DNA of 62,950 bases, the filler included. It is 3 parts of 3 records of this genome, joined end to end, with 100 filler letters (N's around TTAATTAATTAA, not from the genome) between each part and the next. Parts side by side here need not be neighbours in the genome. Positions count along the whole stretch, not along the records: positions 1 to 28,813 come from SRR22947725_991; 2 more parts are not named here. One strand, 5' to 3'. Positions within the stretch are counted from its first letter, which is position 1. Each line of letters opens with the position of its first letter. Position numbers and translations under genes: made by a program. Positions 10,813-21,302 of this stretch are shown here, piece after piece. The notes beneath the pieces are model-generated. The model was not told the DNA's origin and did not search any database. It saw only the letters and a program-made list of their open reading frames with translations.

Positions 10813-10842
10813 TTTACCTGCAGTGATTATCCTGCAGGTAAA
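10813..10842 (-). promoter_or_regulatory. Intra-operon stem-loop just downstream of atpE
   Basis: Perfect 11-bp inverted repeat TTTACCTGCAG (10813-10823) / CTGCAGGTAAA (10832-10842) with an 8-nt loop; no U-tract follows on the transcribed minus strand. Confidence 0.7.
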
Positions 10843-10856
10843 GAGTTAAATTAATT

Positions 10857-11084
10857 TTAGAATGTGAAAAGAAGTAGTAAAGCTATAACTAAAGCAAACA
10901 ATGCAACAGCTTCTGTTAATGCAAAACCTAAGATTGCTATTCCAAAAACTTCATTCTTTGCTGCAGGGTTTCTACCAACAGCTGTAACTAATGATGCAAA
11001 AATATTTCCAATTCCTACTCCAACTCCAGCTAACGCAATAACAGCTAATCCTGCTCCTATTAATTTTGCGGCATCCATTTCCAT
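10857..11084 (-). CDS. atpE: F0F1 ATP synthase subunit c
   Basis: [15 protein letters not shown] loop and FALTEA with the ion-binding glutamate; 75 aa hairpin. Confidence 0.97.
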   Translation of the reverse strand: MEMDAAKLIGAGLAVIALAGVGVGIGNIFASLVTAVGRNPAAKNEVFGIAILGFALTEAVALFALVIALLLLFTF

Positions 11085-11125
11085 TTTTATTTCCTTTCGT
11101 TGATTGATATAATTTTAGTTATGAA

Positions 11126-11869
11126 TTAATGTAAGTGTAATGCATCATGGAGATACATACACGTTAAGATACTAAAAACGTATGCTTGTAAAGCAGCCAC
11201 AAGGAATTCAAGTCCTGTTAATCCTATTACCGCCATTAAAGGCAGAATGGCTCCAACTTTTAATATTCCACTCGCCGATCCCATCATTATTATTAAACCA
11301 GCAAACACTTTCATCATTGTGTGACCGGCAAGCATATTAGCAAACAGCCTAACGGACAGACTTATTGGACGAATAAAATAAGATATGATTTCAATTGGGA
11401 TTAATAGAGGAGCCAATCCAATTGGCACACCTGATGGAAAAAAATAAGTAAAAAATTTAAATCCATGTTTAAATAAAGCAATTATGGTGACACCTAAGAA
11501 TATTATTGCAGCAAGTGTAAAAGTTACTGCTATTTGAGATGTAAAAGTATAACTATATGGAATCATACCCAATAAGTTACCAAACAAAATAAACATAAAA
11601 AGAGTAAATATAAAAGGAAAATAAGCCTGACTTCCTTTTCCAGCATTTTCTTTAACCATATTAGCTACAAACTCATAAGACATTTCTACAAGGGCTTGAA
11701 ATCTATTAGGAACTAAGGACTGTTTTCTAGCACCAAAATATAGGAATCCAGCTGAACCTATAATAGAAAGCATCATAAATAGAGAAGCGTTGGTAAAAGA
11801 TATATCAACACCCATGAGATTTAACTCAAAAAGTGTTTTAATTGTAAATTGTTCTACTGGTGAATTCAT
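11126..11869 (-). CDS. atpB: F0F1 ATP synthase subunit a
   Basis: SPVEQF, NLLGMIPY, RPISLSVRLFANMLAGH (essential Arg), LQAYVF. Confidence 0.97.
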   Translation of the reverse strand: MNSPVEQFTIKTLFELNLMGVDISFTNASLFMMLSIIGSAGFLYFGARKQSLVPNRFQALVEMSYEFVANMVKENAGKGSQAYFPFIFTLFMFILFGNLLGMIPYSYTFTSQIAVTFTLAAIIFLGVTIIALFKHGFKFFTYFFPSGVPIGLAPLLIPIEIISYFIRPISLSVRLFANMLAGHTMMKVFAGLIIMMGSASGILKVGAILPLMAVIGLTGLEFLVAALQAYVFSILTCMYLHDALHLH

Positions 11870-11891
11870 TTTAAACTTCTTTGATTAATAA

Positions 11892-12191
11892 CTAAAAGTA
11901 ACCAATTTTTAAACCCTTACCACTTACAACTCTCCACAAATTCAGAATTCCTGCAGCGCCACCTAGTAGGAAAAAAAGTATTAAGAACCAGGGATTAGTA
12001 TCTAACCAGCTATCTAAGGTCCATCCTATACATCCACCTATTAACAAACCTGCTAATAATTCTGTAGCAACTCTGGAAAAAGTATTTAATAAATTTTGGT
12101 TATTTTCTTTGTTTTCGTTTTTATTTTCCTTTTTTGCTATAGCAGCATTTATTCTATCTGATAATTTATCATTATTATTAAGTAAGCTCAA
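11892..12191 (-). CDS. atpI: AtpZ/AtpI family ATP synthase protein I
   Basis: ELLAGLLIGGCIGWTLDSWLDTNPW...GGAAGILN pattern; first gene of the F0 operon; TTG start. Confidence 0.88.
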   Translation of the reverse strand: MSLLNNNDKLSDRINAAIAKKENKNENKENNQNLLNTFSRVATELLAGLLIGGCIGWTLDSWLDTNPWFLILFFLLGGAAGILNLWRVVSGKGLKIGYF

Positions 12192-12225
12192 ATTATACTC
12201 TCACATACAAGTTATAAGCGTGCTT

Positions 12226-12254
12226 AAACTATTTTGAGCTAGCGAATAAGTCAA
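12226..12254 (-). promoter_or_regulatory. Putative sigma70 promoter of the atpI-B-E-F2-F operon
   Basis: Minus strand reads cTTGACT-N17-TAGTTT (-35 at 12254-12249, -10 at 12231-12226), about 35 nt upstream of atpI. Confidence 0.55.
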
Positions 12255-12282
12255 GAGTTTACTTTATAAAAAATCATTTTCT

Positions 12283-15200
12283 TTAAGCTATATCCCTTAT
12301 TCTAGAAGCTTGTTCTAAATCAACTGATACTAATTTGCTAATTCCTTTTTGCTCCATAGTAACTCCAAAAAGCCTATCCATTTTTGCCATAGTAAGCCTA
12401 TGATGAGTTATAACCATAAAGTATGTATTAGTTTCATCAACAATTTGATTCAACAAATCACAAAATCTTCCTACATTAGTGTCATCAAGTGGTGCGTCAA
12501 CTTCATCTAAAATACAAATTGGAGCTGGGTTACACAAAAAAACTGAAAAAATCAATGAAATTGCAGTTAAAGCTTGTTCACCACCGGATAATAAAGAAAG
12601 AAGTTGCATCTTTTTTCCTGGCGGACTGGCTAAAACTTCAAGGCCAGCTTGAAGAGGATCTTCATTTCCAACTAATCTTAACTCAGCATTGCCACCACCA
12701 AACAATTTTTGAAACAGTTGTTTAAAATTTTCATTAACTTCTTTAAAACTTTCTTTCAATCGTTGTCTTCCTTCTTTATTAAGTTCAAAAATACCACTTC
12801 TGAGCTTTGCAATAGCTTCCTCTAGATCAACTCTTTCTTTGGACATAACTTCAATTTTATTTAGCATTTCATTCATTTCATCTTCTGCTCTGAGATTGAC
12901 AGCACCAAGCGTTTCTCTTTCGTTAAGAAGGCGTTGCAGAGTTTTTTCTAAAGTTTCTATAGATTTAATAGGTTGATCTTCTTCTTTAGTATTTATAAAT
13001 TTATTTAATTCTGTTGATTTCATCTTTAATTTTTCGAAGACACGTTCCTCAATATTTTGAATTTTTGCTTTTGAAAGATTGAGTAAAGCCTCAATTTTTA
13101 TCATTTCTTCTCTAAGCGAAGAAACTACTTTTTCAGCTTCTCTAACTTGTTTGTCAGCATCATTCAAACTTGTTTCATTTTTCACTAATTGGTCAGCGGC
13201 TATATTTCTGTTTGATATAGCCTCTTCAATTTTAATATTTAACTCTACTTCTTTTTTTTCAAAACTCTCAGGAAGTGTTGACAATCTATTTTTCTCATCC
13301 TGGAAAGTTTTAAGTCTTTCTTCAAGAGAGATTAACCTTGTTTTTGCCTCTTCTTCTCTTACTTTCCAATTTTCTTTTTGATGTCCAAGTTGTATTAAAT
13401 TTCTTGATTGGAAACTTTCTTCACTCTTGATTCGTTGTTCAGCAGCCATTGCATCAGTTAATTCATTTCGGCTTTGGTCTGCATTGTTTCTTACTTTCAG
13501 TTCTTCAGCAAGTAAGGAAGGTAAATTAACGGAGTTATTGAATTCTTTTTCAAGTTCACTCAATTCTTCCAAAGACATTCGCTTCGTATTTTTAAGTTCT
13601 TTTATCAATGCTTCAGATGAAAGTAATTTTGATTCAACTTTAGTGTTTTGTAACTCTAGTTGGTTTGATTCTGATATTAAGCTGGATAACTTAACTTGTA
13701 AGTTAGATAAGTCATCTTTATATTTTTTAATATTATTAAAGCATTCATCTAATCTTTTTTCAGATAAAGATTGGTTCTCTTCCAAAGAAGGGAGCTTATT
13801 CTGCAGTAATCTTAATCGTGCTATTTGTTGTAATCTCTCAGAATAACTGTTTTGAACTCCTTGAGGTTGAACAAAACCATCCCATCGCCATAGTCCTCCA
13901 CTAGGAGTAGTTAAAGCTTGACCAAAAGTTAATTTTTTTTGAAGTTTAAAAGCAGTTTCTTTGTTGTTAACAATTCCAACTCCCTTCAAAGCCGTATCTA
14001 GTATAGAAGATTTCGTAATTTTAGTAACTATAGGTATAACGCTTTCTGGTAATGAGGCTGGTGATATAGTTTTAAAATCATCTCTCCAGTAAGTAGTATT
14101 TTCTGTGGATTGATCATCAGATAGAATTGGTGCAAGTAGCGTTTCTCCTAATACTGAACCTATAGCCTCCTCAAGGTTATTAATATTACCAATAGTTTTT
14201 TCTAAGGTATTACTATTTAGGGTGTCACGACCTAATAATGTTGAAAGTGAATCAAACTCTAAATTGACTTTGTTAAACTCAAAAACCGCAGTGTTTTTTT
14301 CTTCTATTAATCTAGTTTCTAACTTTTCTAATTTTTCTAATTCAACTTTATACCCATCATTTAATTGATTATTTTCCTGAATAAGTTTCTTTAGATTAAT
14401 TATTTTTTCTTTATCTAATTTAAATCTATTCTTGTCATCTTCTATGTTAAAGTTAGCTAATTGATTTTGTGTAACCTCAATTTTTTGTTTTAAATTGTTT
14501 ATACGCTTTTCTAAATCTGATTTATCAGACTTTATTGAATATATTTCAGAAGTAATGGTAGACAACTTGTCATCGGCTGCATCAGATATGCTTCTTAGCT
14601 TTTTAACCAAATCTGTTGCTTTGGTAATTTTTGTTGAAAAGTTTTCACTATCTTCTTTTAAGTTTTTTTCTTCAGTTAATAGGGTTGAAAGTGATTTTTT
14701 TGCATCTTCTTTTATTTCAGACTCGCGTGCAATATCATTATTAATTAAATTGATCTGGTTTATAATATTTTGCAGAGCGTTTTGTGCAGAAGATTTTTCT
14801 TCATCTAATTTTATTTTTGTAATATTTAAAGTCTGTAAAGTTGCAGCTTTTTCTGCCTCATCCTTTTTTAGATCTGGAATTTTATTAGCCAAGTGTAACT
14901 GGGATTTGATGTGTTCAGCAACCTTGATTTGTCCTTGACTAACATTTTCATTAGCTTTTTTTAATTGGATGTCCAAATCATTTGCTTCTTTTTTGGCGTT
15001 ATTCATTAGATTAAAAAATAAAGTTGCCTCGGCTTTTCTTATCCTTTCACCAACGGACCTGTACCTAGCAGCTTTCCTGCCTTGCTTTTCTAATTCTATT
15101 AACTGTTCTTTATATGTTTGTTCTATATCAGATAATCTATCTAGATTATCACTTGCTCCTTTTAACTTAAGTTCAGCTTCATGCCGTCTACTATGTAAAC

Positions 15201-15714
15201 CTTTAATATTTGCAGCTTCTTCTAGTATTACTCTTCTATCTTCTGGATTAGAATCTATAATCTGTGCAATTCTCCCTTGGCCAACTATGCCAGAAGAGCG
15301 AGCTCCCGTTCCATTGTCAGCAAAGATTAGTTGTATATCTCTAGCTCTGACTTGTTTGCCATTAACTCTGTAAACTGAGCCCTTTTCACGTTCTATTTTA
15401 CGAGTTATTTCAATTTCGTCATAATGATTAAAAATTGCAGGTGCTTTTTTTTCAGAGTTATCTAATTTGATACTAACTTCTGCAAAATTTCTTGAGGGCC
15501 TCTCATTTGTTCCAGAAAAAATAACATCATCCATTCCATCTCCGCGCATTTGTCGTGCAGAGTTTTCACCCATGATCCATTTGATAGCTTCTACTATATT
15601 CGACTTACCACAACCATTAGGTCCTACTACTCCAGTTAAACCCACATTCATTTGAATTTCAGTAGGTTCTAAAAATGATTTAAACCCAGAAATTCTAACA
15701 GATTGGAATTTCAT
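12283..15714 (-). CDS. smc: Chromosome segregation protein SMC
   Basis: Walker A GPNGCGKSN, long coiled coils with a central hinge (G.LWRWDG), LSGGE signature, Walker B/D-loop ILDEVDAPLD. Confidence 0.96.
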   Translation of the reverse strand: MKFQSVRISGFKSFLEPTEIQMNVGLTGVVGPNGCGKSNIVEAIKWIMGENSARQMRGDGMDDVIFSGTNERPSRNFAEVSIKLDNSEKKAPAIFNHYDEIEITRKIEREKGSVYRVNGKQVRARDIQLIFADNGTGARSSGIVGQGRIAQIIDSNPEDRRVILEEAANIKGLHSRRHEAELKLKGASDNLDRLSDIEQTYKEQLIELEKQGRKAARYRSVGERIRKAEATLFFNLMNNAKKEANDLDIQLKKANENVSQGQIKVAEHIKSQLHLANKIPDLKKDEAEKAATLQTLNITKIKLDEEKSSAQNALQNIINQINLINNDIARESEIKEDAKKSLSTLLTEEKNLKEDSENFSTKITKATDLVKKLRSISDAADDKLSTITSEIYSIKSDKSDLEKRINNLKQKIEVTQNQLANFNIEDDKNRFKLDKEKIINLKKLIQENNQLNDGYKVELEKLEKLETRLIEEKNTAVFEFNKVNLEFDSLSTLLGRDTLNSNTLEKTIGNINNLEEAIGSVLGETLLAPILSDDQSTENTTYWRDDFKTISPASLPESVIPIVTKITKSSILDTALKGVGIVNNKETAFKLQKKLTFGQALTTPSGGLWRWDGFVQPQGVQNSYSERLQQIARLRLLQNKLPSLEENQSLSEKRLDECFNNIKKYKDDLSNLQVKLSSLISESNQLELQNTKVESKLLSSEALIKELKNTKRMSLEELSELEKEFNNSVNLPSLLAEELKVRNNADQSRNELTDAMAAEQRIKSEESFQSRNLIQLGHQKENWKVREEEAKTRLISLEERLKTFQDEKNRLSTLPESFEKKEVELNIKIEEAISNRNIAADQLVKNETSLNDADKQVREAEKVVSSLREEMIKIEALLNLSKAKIQNIEERVFEKLKMKSTELNKFINTKEEDQPIKSIETLEKTLQRLLNERETLGAVNLRAEDEMNEMLNKIEVMSKERVDLEEAIAKLRSGIFELNKEGRQRLKESFKEVNENFKQLFQKLFGGGNAELRLVGNEDPLQAGLEVLASPPGKKMQLLSLLSGGEQALTAISLIFSVFLCNPAPICILDEVDAPLDDTNVGRFCDLLNQIVDETNTYFMVITHHRLTMAKMDRLFGVTMEQKGISKLVSVDLEQASRIRDIA

Positions 15715-15730
15715 TATTTATTCCTTTGAT

Positions 15731-16369
15731 TTATGAATTCTTTGCTTTTACTAATTTTAGAAGTCTGGTTTCAAATTCTTTGAATGATAGTGCTCCAGAA
15801 ATTTTGTGTTCATTGTTGATAATAAATGTTGGAGTAGATTCTACATTAAAACTTTTAGATTCCTTTTCCATTCTATCAATAATATCTTGCATAAGAGGTA
15901 TGTTTTTGGTTATTTCATCAAATTTCTTTGAAGAAACTCCAAATAATTTTGCTATGGAATACAACTCTTCTAGAGGTTTGTTTGAATATGCCCACTGCTT
16001 TTGTTTTTCTAATAAAATGTCTACAGCTTTAATATAACCTTCGCTAGTCGGTAACGATCTTACAAGGGCTGCTGCAATAACAGCTAATCTATCAAGTGGG
16101 TAGTCTATTAATTCTAATTGAATCTTTCCTTTATCAATATATTTATCCTTAAGTTTAGGCAAAGTGTTTTTATGAAAATTAGCACAGTGCCCGCAAGTTA
16201 ATGAAAAGAACTCTTTAATTTTAATTGGTGCTTCATTTGAACCTAATAATTGTGACCGCATCATATGATTGGTGTTGGATTGATCAGATAGGACGACTTT
16301 TGGAAAAGTACTTAAAGCGAGAACCCCTAACATTAATTCTCTTCTTTTGATCATAAACATTTCATTCAC
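15731..16369 (-). CDS. DsbA-like thioredoxin-fold protein
   Basis: CGHC active site, STPTF cis-Pro loop, RR-type signal peptide; usual smc-DsbA-DUF721-mutY synteny. Confidence 0.88.
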   Translation of the reverse strand: MNEMFMIKRRELMLGVLALSTFPKVVLSDQSNTNHMMRSQLLGSNEAPIKIKEFFSLTCGHCANFHKNTLPKLKDKYIDKGKIQLELIDYPLDRLAVIAAALVRSLPTSEGYIKAVDILLEKQKQWAYSNKPLEELYSIAKLFGVSSKKFDEITKNIPLMQDIIDRMEKESKSFNVESTPTFIINNEHKISGALSFKEFETRLLKLVKAKNS

Positions 16370-16441
16370 AATACTAGCCTTTCTAATAAATTTTGAATTT
16401 TAAATCTTATACACTAAATATAATATATTAAAATAAGAGTT

Positions 16442-16900
16442 TTATTCAGAAATATTATTTTTTAGTTTCCATGACATTTCAAATTTTTGCATTGCTAATT
16501 TAAGTTCTCCATCAGGCAATGTGTTTGAAACAAAATTATTTTTATCAATTAAAGTATTCTTTAACATTTGATCATTATCATCATTAATATGAATATAACC
16601 TAAATCTGTTTGTACGATTTTGACTTTCATAATTGCTTTAAACCCAAAGCGAGAATTAATTTGGTTTAAAAAAAACGGAATTGCATGTTGTATTTCAGGG
16701 CCAAAACCATTTTGTACTTTTATAATTATTTGACCATCACTGTTTTTATTTTTATCAAATTTAATTTTATCTGGAAATGTTACATCAGCATACTGCCCAG
16801 CTATATTTTTCCAATTTAAAAAAATGTGAGTTTGAATAGCTCCCAATCTGCTTACACTCTTATCAACAATATTTTCAGTAATTTTTACTAGTGGTTTCAT
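16442..16900 (-). CDS. DUF721/DciA family protein
   Basis: W..IAG, P.KI, EIQH...INSRFG..AI..VKIVQ pattern; divergent from mutY as is common in Alphaproteobacteria. Confidence 0.75.
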   Translation of the reverse strand: MKPLVKITENIVDKSVSRLGAIQTHIFLNWKNIAGQYADVTFPDKIKFDKNKNSDGQIIIKVQNGFGPEIQHAIPFFLNQINSRFGFKAIMKVKIVQTDLGYIHINDDNDQMLKNTLIDKNNFVSNTLPDGELKLAMQKFEMSWKLKNNISE

Positions 16901-16964
16901 TTTTTAAAATCATAAAGTGATTAATTAATTTTTTTAATAATTCATATCATATATACATACATTT

Positions 16965-18068
16965 ATGACTGAGAAAAATGAAGATAAATATAAACAGTTT
17001 TCTAATAAATTATTAGATTGGTATGATATTAGAAGGAGAATTTTGCCCTGGAGAGCAGCCCCAGGCGAAATATCAAACCCATATTTTGTTTTATTGTCCG
17101 AAATAATGTTACAACAAACTGTAGTTGTAACGGTTATTCCATATTTCATTAGATTTGTTAAGAAATGGCCAACGATAAATCAACTTGCTCAAGCTGATTT
17201 TAATGAAATAGCATCTTTATGGGCTGGTTTAGGTTATTATAGAAGAGCAAAAAATTTGCATGAGACAGCAAAAATTATTTCTACAAAACACAATGGATTA
17301 ATCCCCAATAATAAAGAAGTTTTACTGTCATTCCCAGGTGTTGGTGAATATACTGCTACAGCAATTATGGCAATTGCATTTGACAAAAAAGCAAATGTTG
17401 TAGATGGAAACATAGAAAGGATTTTTTCAAGGTTATATAAAATAGAAGAACCTTTAGAACACTCTAAAAAAAAAATTAGAATTTTGTCTAATAAGTATTT
17501 GCCTTGCAATAGAAATGGAGATTATGCTCAATCTCTTATGGACCTAGGGTCTTTAGTATGCATTCCTAGGGCTCCAAGATGTAAAAGTTGCCCAGTTATT
17601 TTTACATGTAAATTAGGAGGTAGAGCGGAGGCTGGCCTATATCCAAAAAGATTACCAAAAAAAAGTAAGAAGCAAAGATATGGAATATTTTATTTATTAA
17701 TTGATAATGAAGGATCTGTTTTATTTAGAACTAATAAAAACGAACGATTATTTGCTAATATGGACGTTTTACCTTCTGTTGGTTGGAATGGAGAAAAAGA
17801 AAACTTTAAAACCTCTCCTAAAATAATTTCAAAAGATTTAGCCTTATTCAATCTCGATTGGGAAATATTGGAAACAAAGATTAACCATGTTTTCACTCAT
17901 TTTAAATTAGATTGTACAGTAGTTTTTTTTAGAATTAATAAGAAAATGACTAAAAATTTGTTGATAAATAAAGAATACAGGTTTGTTAAGAAAAAAGATT
18001 TTAATCAATTAGCAATACCAAGTTTGATAAACAAAATACTGACAACTTTTGAAGATAAAATTTATTAA
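16965..18068 (+). CDS. mutY: A/G-specific adenine glycosylase
   Basis: [22 protein letters not shown], Hh[13 protein letters not shown], Fe-S motif C-x6-C-x2-C-x5-C, HVFTHF. Confidence 0.96.
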   Translation: MTEKNEDKYKQFSNKLLDWYDIRRRILPWRAAPGEISNPYFVLLSEIMLQQTVVVTVIPYFIRFVKKWPTINQLAQADFNEIASLWAGLGYYRRAKNLHETAKIISTKHNGLIPNNKEVLLSFPGVGEYTATAIMAIAFDKKANVVDGNIERIFSRLYKIEEPLEHSKKKIRILSNKYLPCNRNGDYAQSLMDLGSLVCIPRAPRCKSCPVIFTCKLGGRAEAGLYPKRLPKKSKKQRYGIFYLLIDNEGSVLFRTNKNERLFANMDVLPSVGWNGEKENFKTSPKIISKDLALFNLDWEILETKINHVFTHFKLDCTVVFFRINKKMTKNLLINKEYRFVKKKDFNQLAIPSLINKILTTFEDKIY

Positions 18069-19679
18069 TCAATGCTTAAAGTGTCGAATAGATGTGAAAA
18101 CCATTACTAGGCCTCTCTCATCTGCTGCAGCAATTACATCTTTATCCTTAATTGATCCTCCTGGTTGGATCACAGCTGTAGCACCAGCGTCAGCTGCTGC
18201 AATTAAACCATCTGGAAAAGGAAAAAAAGCGTCACTAGCTACAACACTTCCTATTGTTAGTGGTTCATTTAAGTTAGCAAAAGTTGCTGATTTTTTTGCT
18301 TTTTCATTAGCAATGTTTGTAGAGTCAATTCTGCTCATTTGTCCGGCACCAATTCCTGCGGTTTGCAAATTCTTTGCATAGATTATCGCATTTGATTTTG
18401 TGTGTTTTGCTACTTTCCAAGCAAAAAGAAGATCATTGATTTGATCTTCATTAGGTAACTTTTTAGTAACAACTTTTAAGTCTTCTTTTTTAAGAATATG
18501 ATTGTCTCTAGTTTGTACAAGCATACCCCCGGATATAGATTTCATGCTAAAGCCGTTATCCATTGGGTTTGGTATTTTGCCAGACTTTAATATTCTTACG
18601 TTTGGTTTGTCAGCAAAAATCTTCAGCGCTTCATCGGTAACAGTAGGTGCAATAATAACTTCTAGAAATAGTGATTTCATCTTTTCAGCCAAATCAGCTT
18701 TTAGTTCTCTATTCATAGCGACAATTCCACCAAATGCACTTATAGGGTCAGTTTGAAGAGCATTTTCCCATGCTAAATTTATATTTAAGTTTTCAGAAAC
18801 TCCACATGGATTTGCGTGTTTTATAATTGCAATAGCTGGTAGCTCAAATTCACTTATAAGTTCAAAAGCAGCGTCTGAATCATTTATATTATTATATGAA
18901 AGTTCTTTTCCATGTAACTTTTGTGACTGAGCAGCTCCTATTCTTGTATCAGCAGTTTTATAAAATGCTGCATGTTGGTGTGGGTTTTCACCATATCTCA
19001 TTGATAAACTTTTTTGTAATTCTATAGATATTGTTTCAGGAAGTTGGGGAGTGTATTCTTTATATTCACTAAACCAATTAGAAATTTCTAAATCATATTG
19101 ATTAGTTAATTTAAAGGCTTTCCCAGCAAGATATTTTCTGAAATTGTATGTAGTAGATCCATTATGTTTTAACTGATTTGTTAATTCTGTATAATCATTA
19201 GTGTCAGTTATGACTGAAACAAATTCATGGTTTTTAGCCCCAGCCCTTATCATTGCGGGTCCACCGATATCAATATTTTCTATGATTTTGGAGTTATCAT
19301 GAGTTTTTTTAACAGTTTCTGTGAACTTATATAAATTGATAATTAATAAATCAATTTCAACAATATTATGTTCCTGCATCTTTTTTATATGATTAGCATT
19401 ATTCCTTCTTCCAAGAATTCCACCATGGATATTAGGGTGTAACGTTTTTACTCTTCCATTTAGTATTTCTGGAAAACCAGTTTCTTCTGAAACATCCTTT
19501 ACTAATATTCCATTTTCTTCGAGAAATTTTGCGGTTCCTCCTGTAGATAAAATTTCTATGTTGTGACTAATTAACTCTCTTGCGAGTATATCAATCCCAT
19601 TTTTGTCAGTAACGGATATAAGAGCTCTTTTTATTTTTGTGTCATTAACAAAAGTTTTATTTTCAAATGTTTCATTCAT
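18069..19679 (-). CDS. purH: Bifunctional AICAR transformylase/IMP cyclohydrolase
   Basis: [55 protein letters not shown]. Confidence 0.97.
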   Translation of the reverse strand: MNETFENKTFVNDTKIKRALISVTDKNGIDILARELISHNIEILSTGGTAKFLEENGILVKDVSEETGFPEILNGRVKTLHPNIHGGILGRRNNANHIKKMQEHNIVEIDLLIINLYKFTETVKKTHDNSKIIENIDIGGPAMIRAGAKNHEFVSVITDTNDYTELTNQLKHNGSTTYNFRKYLAGKAFKLTNQYDLEISNWFSEYKEYTPQLPETISIELQKSLSMRYGENPHQHAAFYKTADTRIGAAQSQKLHGKELSYNNINDSDAAFELISEFELPAIAIIKHANPCGVSENLNINLAWENALQTDPISAFGGIVAMNRELKADLAEKMKSLFLEVIIAPTVTDEALKIFADKPNVRILKSGKIPNPMDNGFSMKSISGGMLVQTRDNHILKKEDLKVVTKKLPNEDQINDLLFAWKVAKHTKSNAIIYAKNLQTAGIGAGQMSRIDSTNIANEKAKKSATFANLNEPLTIGSVVASDAFFPFPDGLIAAADAGATAVIQPGGSIKDKDVIAAADERGLVMVFTSIRHFKH

Positions 19680-19753
19680 ATTTTTAACCAGTCTATAATT
19701 TAAGTAAGTTATGTGTGAGATAGTTTCTTTTGGTTATTAAAGTCAATTAAAAT

Positions 19754-21298
19754 TTATTTTTGTAATGTCAATAACCAATCACATGAAATTGTTTTATAAG
19801 CTCTAATTTTTTCAAGATTTAAAGTAATGATTATTTGTTTGCATTTTACCAAACCTTCTGGAGTAAACATAACAGAATCTTGACTGATAAGATTTTGATT
19901 GCCAGCATATAATTTCCATACAAAGCCCTTTTTATGATTTAATAATATCGAACCGTCTCTGGTTTTTATTAGATCAATGTCAGGATAAACATGAAAGCGT
20001 ATATTAGCACTTTTGGGAGTAGAACCAATGTTATCGACATTGATTATTTCGTCTCTTCCTTTTATTTCTAATGTTTTTTTACCAATATATATTTGCCTTC
20101 TATGAAAAACTCCATACATCAATTCATATCCAGAGTGTGTTGCGTCTAATAATTTTCCATCTTTAGTTGTTCCGTATTTTATATTAAATACTTTTGTTTT
20201 TCGATGGCCAGAAAGATCAATATTATTACGATCATCGATATTTAACGTTGAGTGAGCAGCGGATGAAGCTAAAGAGTTTTTTTCATATCTTAAATTTGAA
20301 TTAACTAACTCTCCTAAATTAGAAATTATTTTTTGTTTTTGATAAAAAAATTCAAAAGCAAATAAACTTGCTTTTGAATCATTGCTAGTATTTTTTTTTG
20401 ACCCAATATCCACTAATATTACTGAATTGACATTTGACATCCTACAAAACCCTGTGTCCTCCGCTATATCAAAAGTTTTATTCTTGAATCCGACTCTCTC
20501 TAAGGTCTGTTTTATAATATTTTTTGAAACTAATGATCCCCCATGAAACCATGAGAAACAACCATTTGGCATTTGAATACTTCGGCAAAATTCGCCCATT
20601 TTAATAGTTTTTTTGTGTAAATTTGCTGCATCTACATTTTTTAAAATTGCTACTACAGATCTTATTTCAATTAAATGTCTTAACAGTTCTATTTGAAGTA
20701 CAGGGCTTCTAGTTTTATGACCTCCATCAGGGTTAATCAAAAATTGAAGTTCATAATCTAATAAACCTAACAAATCTTTTATGTTTATTATTTCTGGGTA
20801 TAAAATTGATTGCCCAACAATTATACCTTTTATTATTATTATTTTTTCAAGATGCTCTTTGGAATCTATCAATTTTAATTCAAGATATTTCGTTTGCAAA
20901 GCAATAGAGTTTAGGAGTTTCTTTTGAAAATCAAGTTTACCACTTTCAGCAAACCATGAATAGTTAAAGCTCCAAGAAGTTATTCTTGAAACTATAGCCT
21001 TAGCTCTAAACTCTTTAGATAATAAATTATAATTTGCATCTATCCAGTTTTCTACTAAAGATCGAGTCATCGCTCTTGCTTGGACGCTACCTTCGGATTT
21101 CAGATCCCTTAAAAATTCAAATTTATTAAAGTCTAATGATACTTTAGGAGTTAATTTTCCATTTATTATTTTTTGTCCGTTTTCTATATTTCCTTGCCAA
21201 CTATCAGTTAATTTTCTAATTGGGGATTGAAATTCAGGCACTTTTAGTTTTTGTTTTAAGAAATAATTATTAGTAATCAAGTTTAAGCTATTAAACAT
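19754..21298 (-). CDS. Heparinase II/III-like family protein (alphaproteobacterial, function unknown)
   Basis: DGGH..RSP, AAHSTL, HSGY, HRRQ and RFH motifs; position between rsmB and purH. Start moved to the ATG at 21298, just after the rsmB stop. Confidence 0.75.
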   Translation of the reverse strand: MFNSLNLITNNYFLKQKLKVPEFQSPIRKLTDSWQGNIENGQKIINGKLTPKVSLDFNKFEFLRDLKSEGSVQARAMTRSLVENWIDANYNLLSKEFRAKAIVSRITSWSFNYSWFAESGKLDFQKKLLNSIALQTKYLELKLIDSKEHLEKIIIIKGIIVGQSILYPEIINIKDLLGLLDYELQFLINPDGGHKTRSPVLQIELLRHLIEIRSVVAILKNVDAANLHKKTIKMGEFCRSIQMPNGCFSWFHGGSLVSKNIIKQTLERVGFKNKTFDIAEDTGFCRMSNVNSVILVDIGSKKNTSNDSKASLFAFEFFYQKQKIISNLGELVNSNLRYEKNSLASSAAHSTLNIDDRNNIDLSGHRKTKVFNIKYGTTKDGKLLDATHSGYELMYGVFHRRQIYIGKKTLEIKGRDEIINVDNIGSTPKSANIRFHVYPDIDLIKTRDGSILLNHKKGFVWKLYAGNQNLISQDSVMFTPEGLVKCKQIIITLNLEKIRAYKTISCDWLLTLQK

Positions 21299-21302
21299 CA
21301 AC

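Noticed and set aside
12489-16037. Series of antisense ORFs within smc and the DsbA-like gene
   Set aside because: These S/F/L-rich translations are the mirror of K/E-rich coiled-coil codons and are not independent genes.
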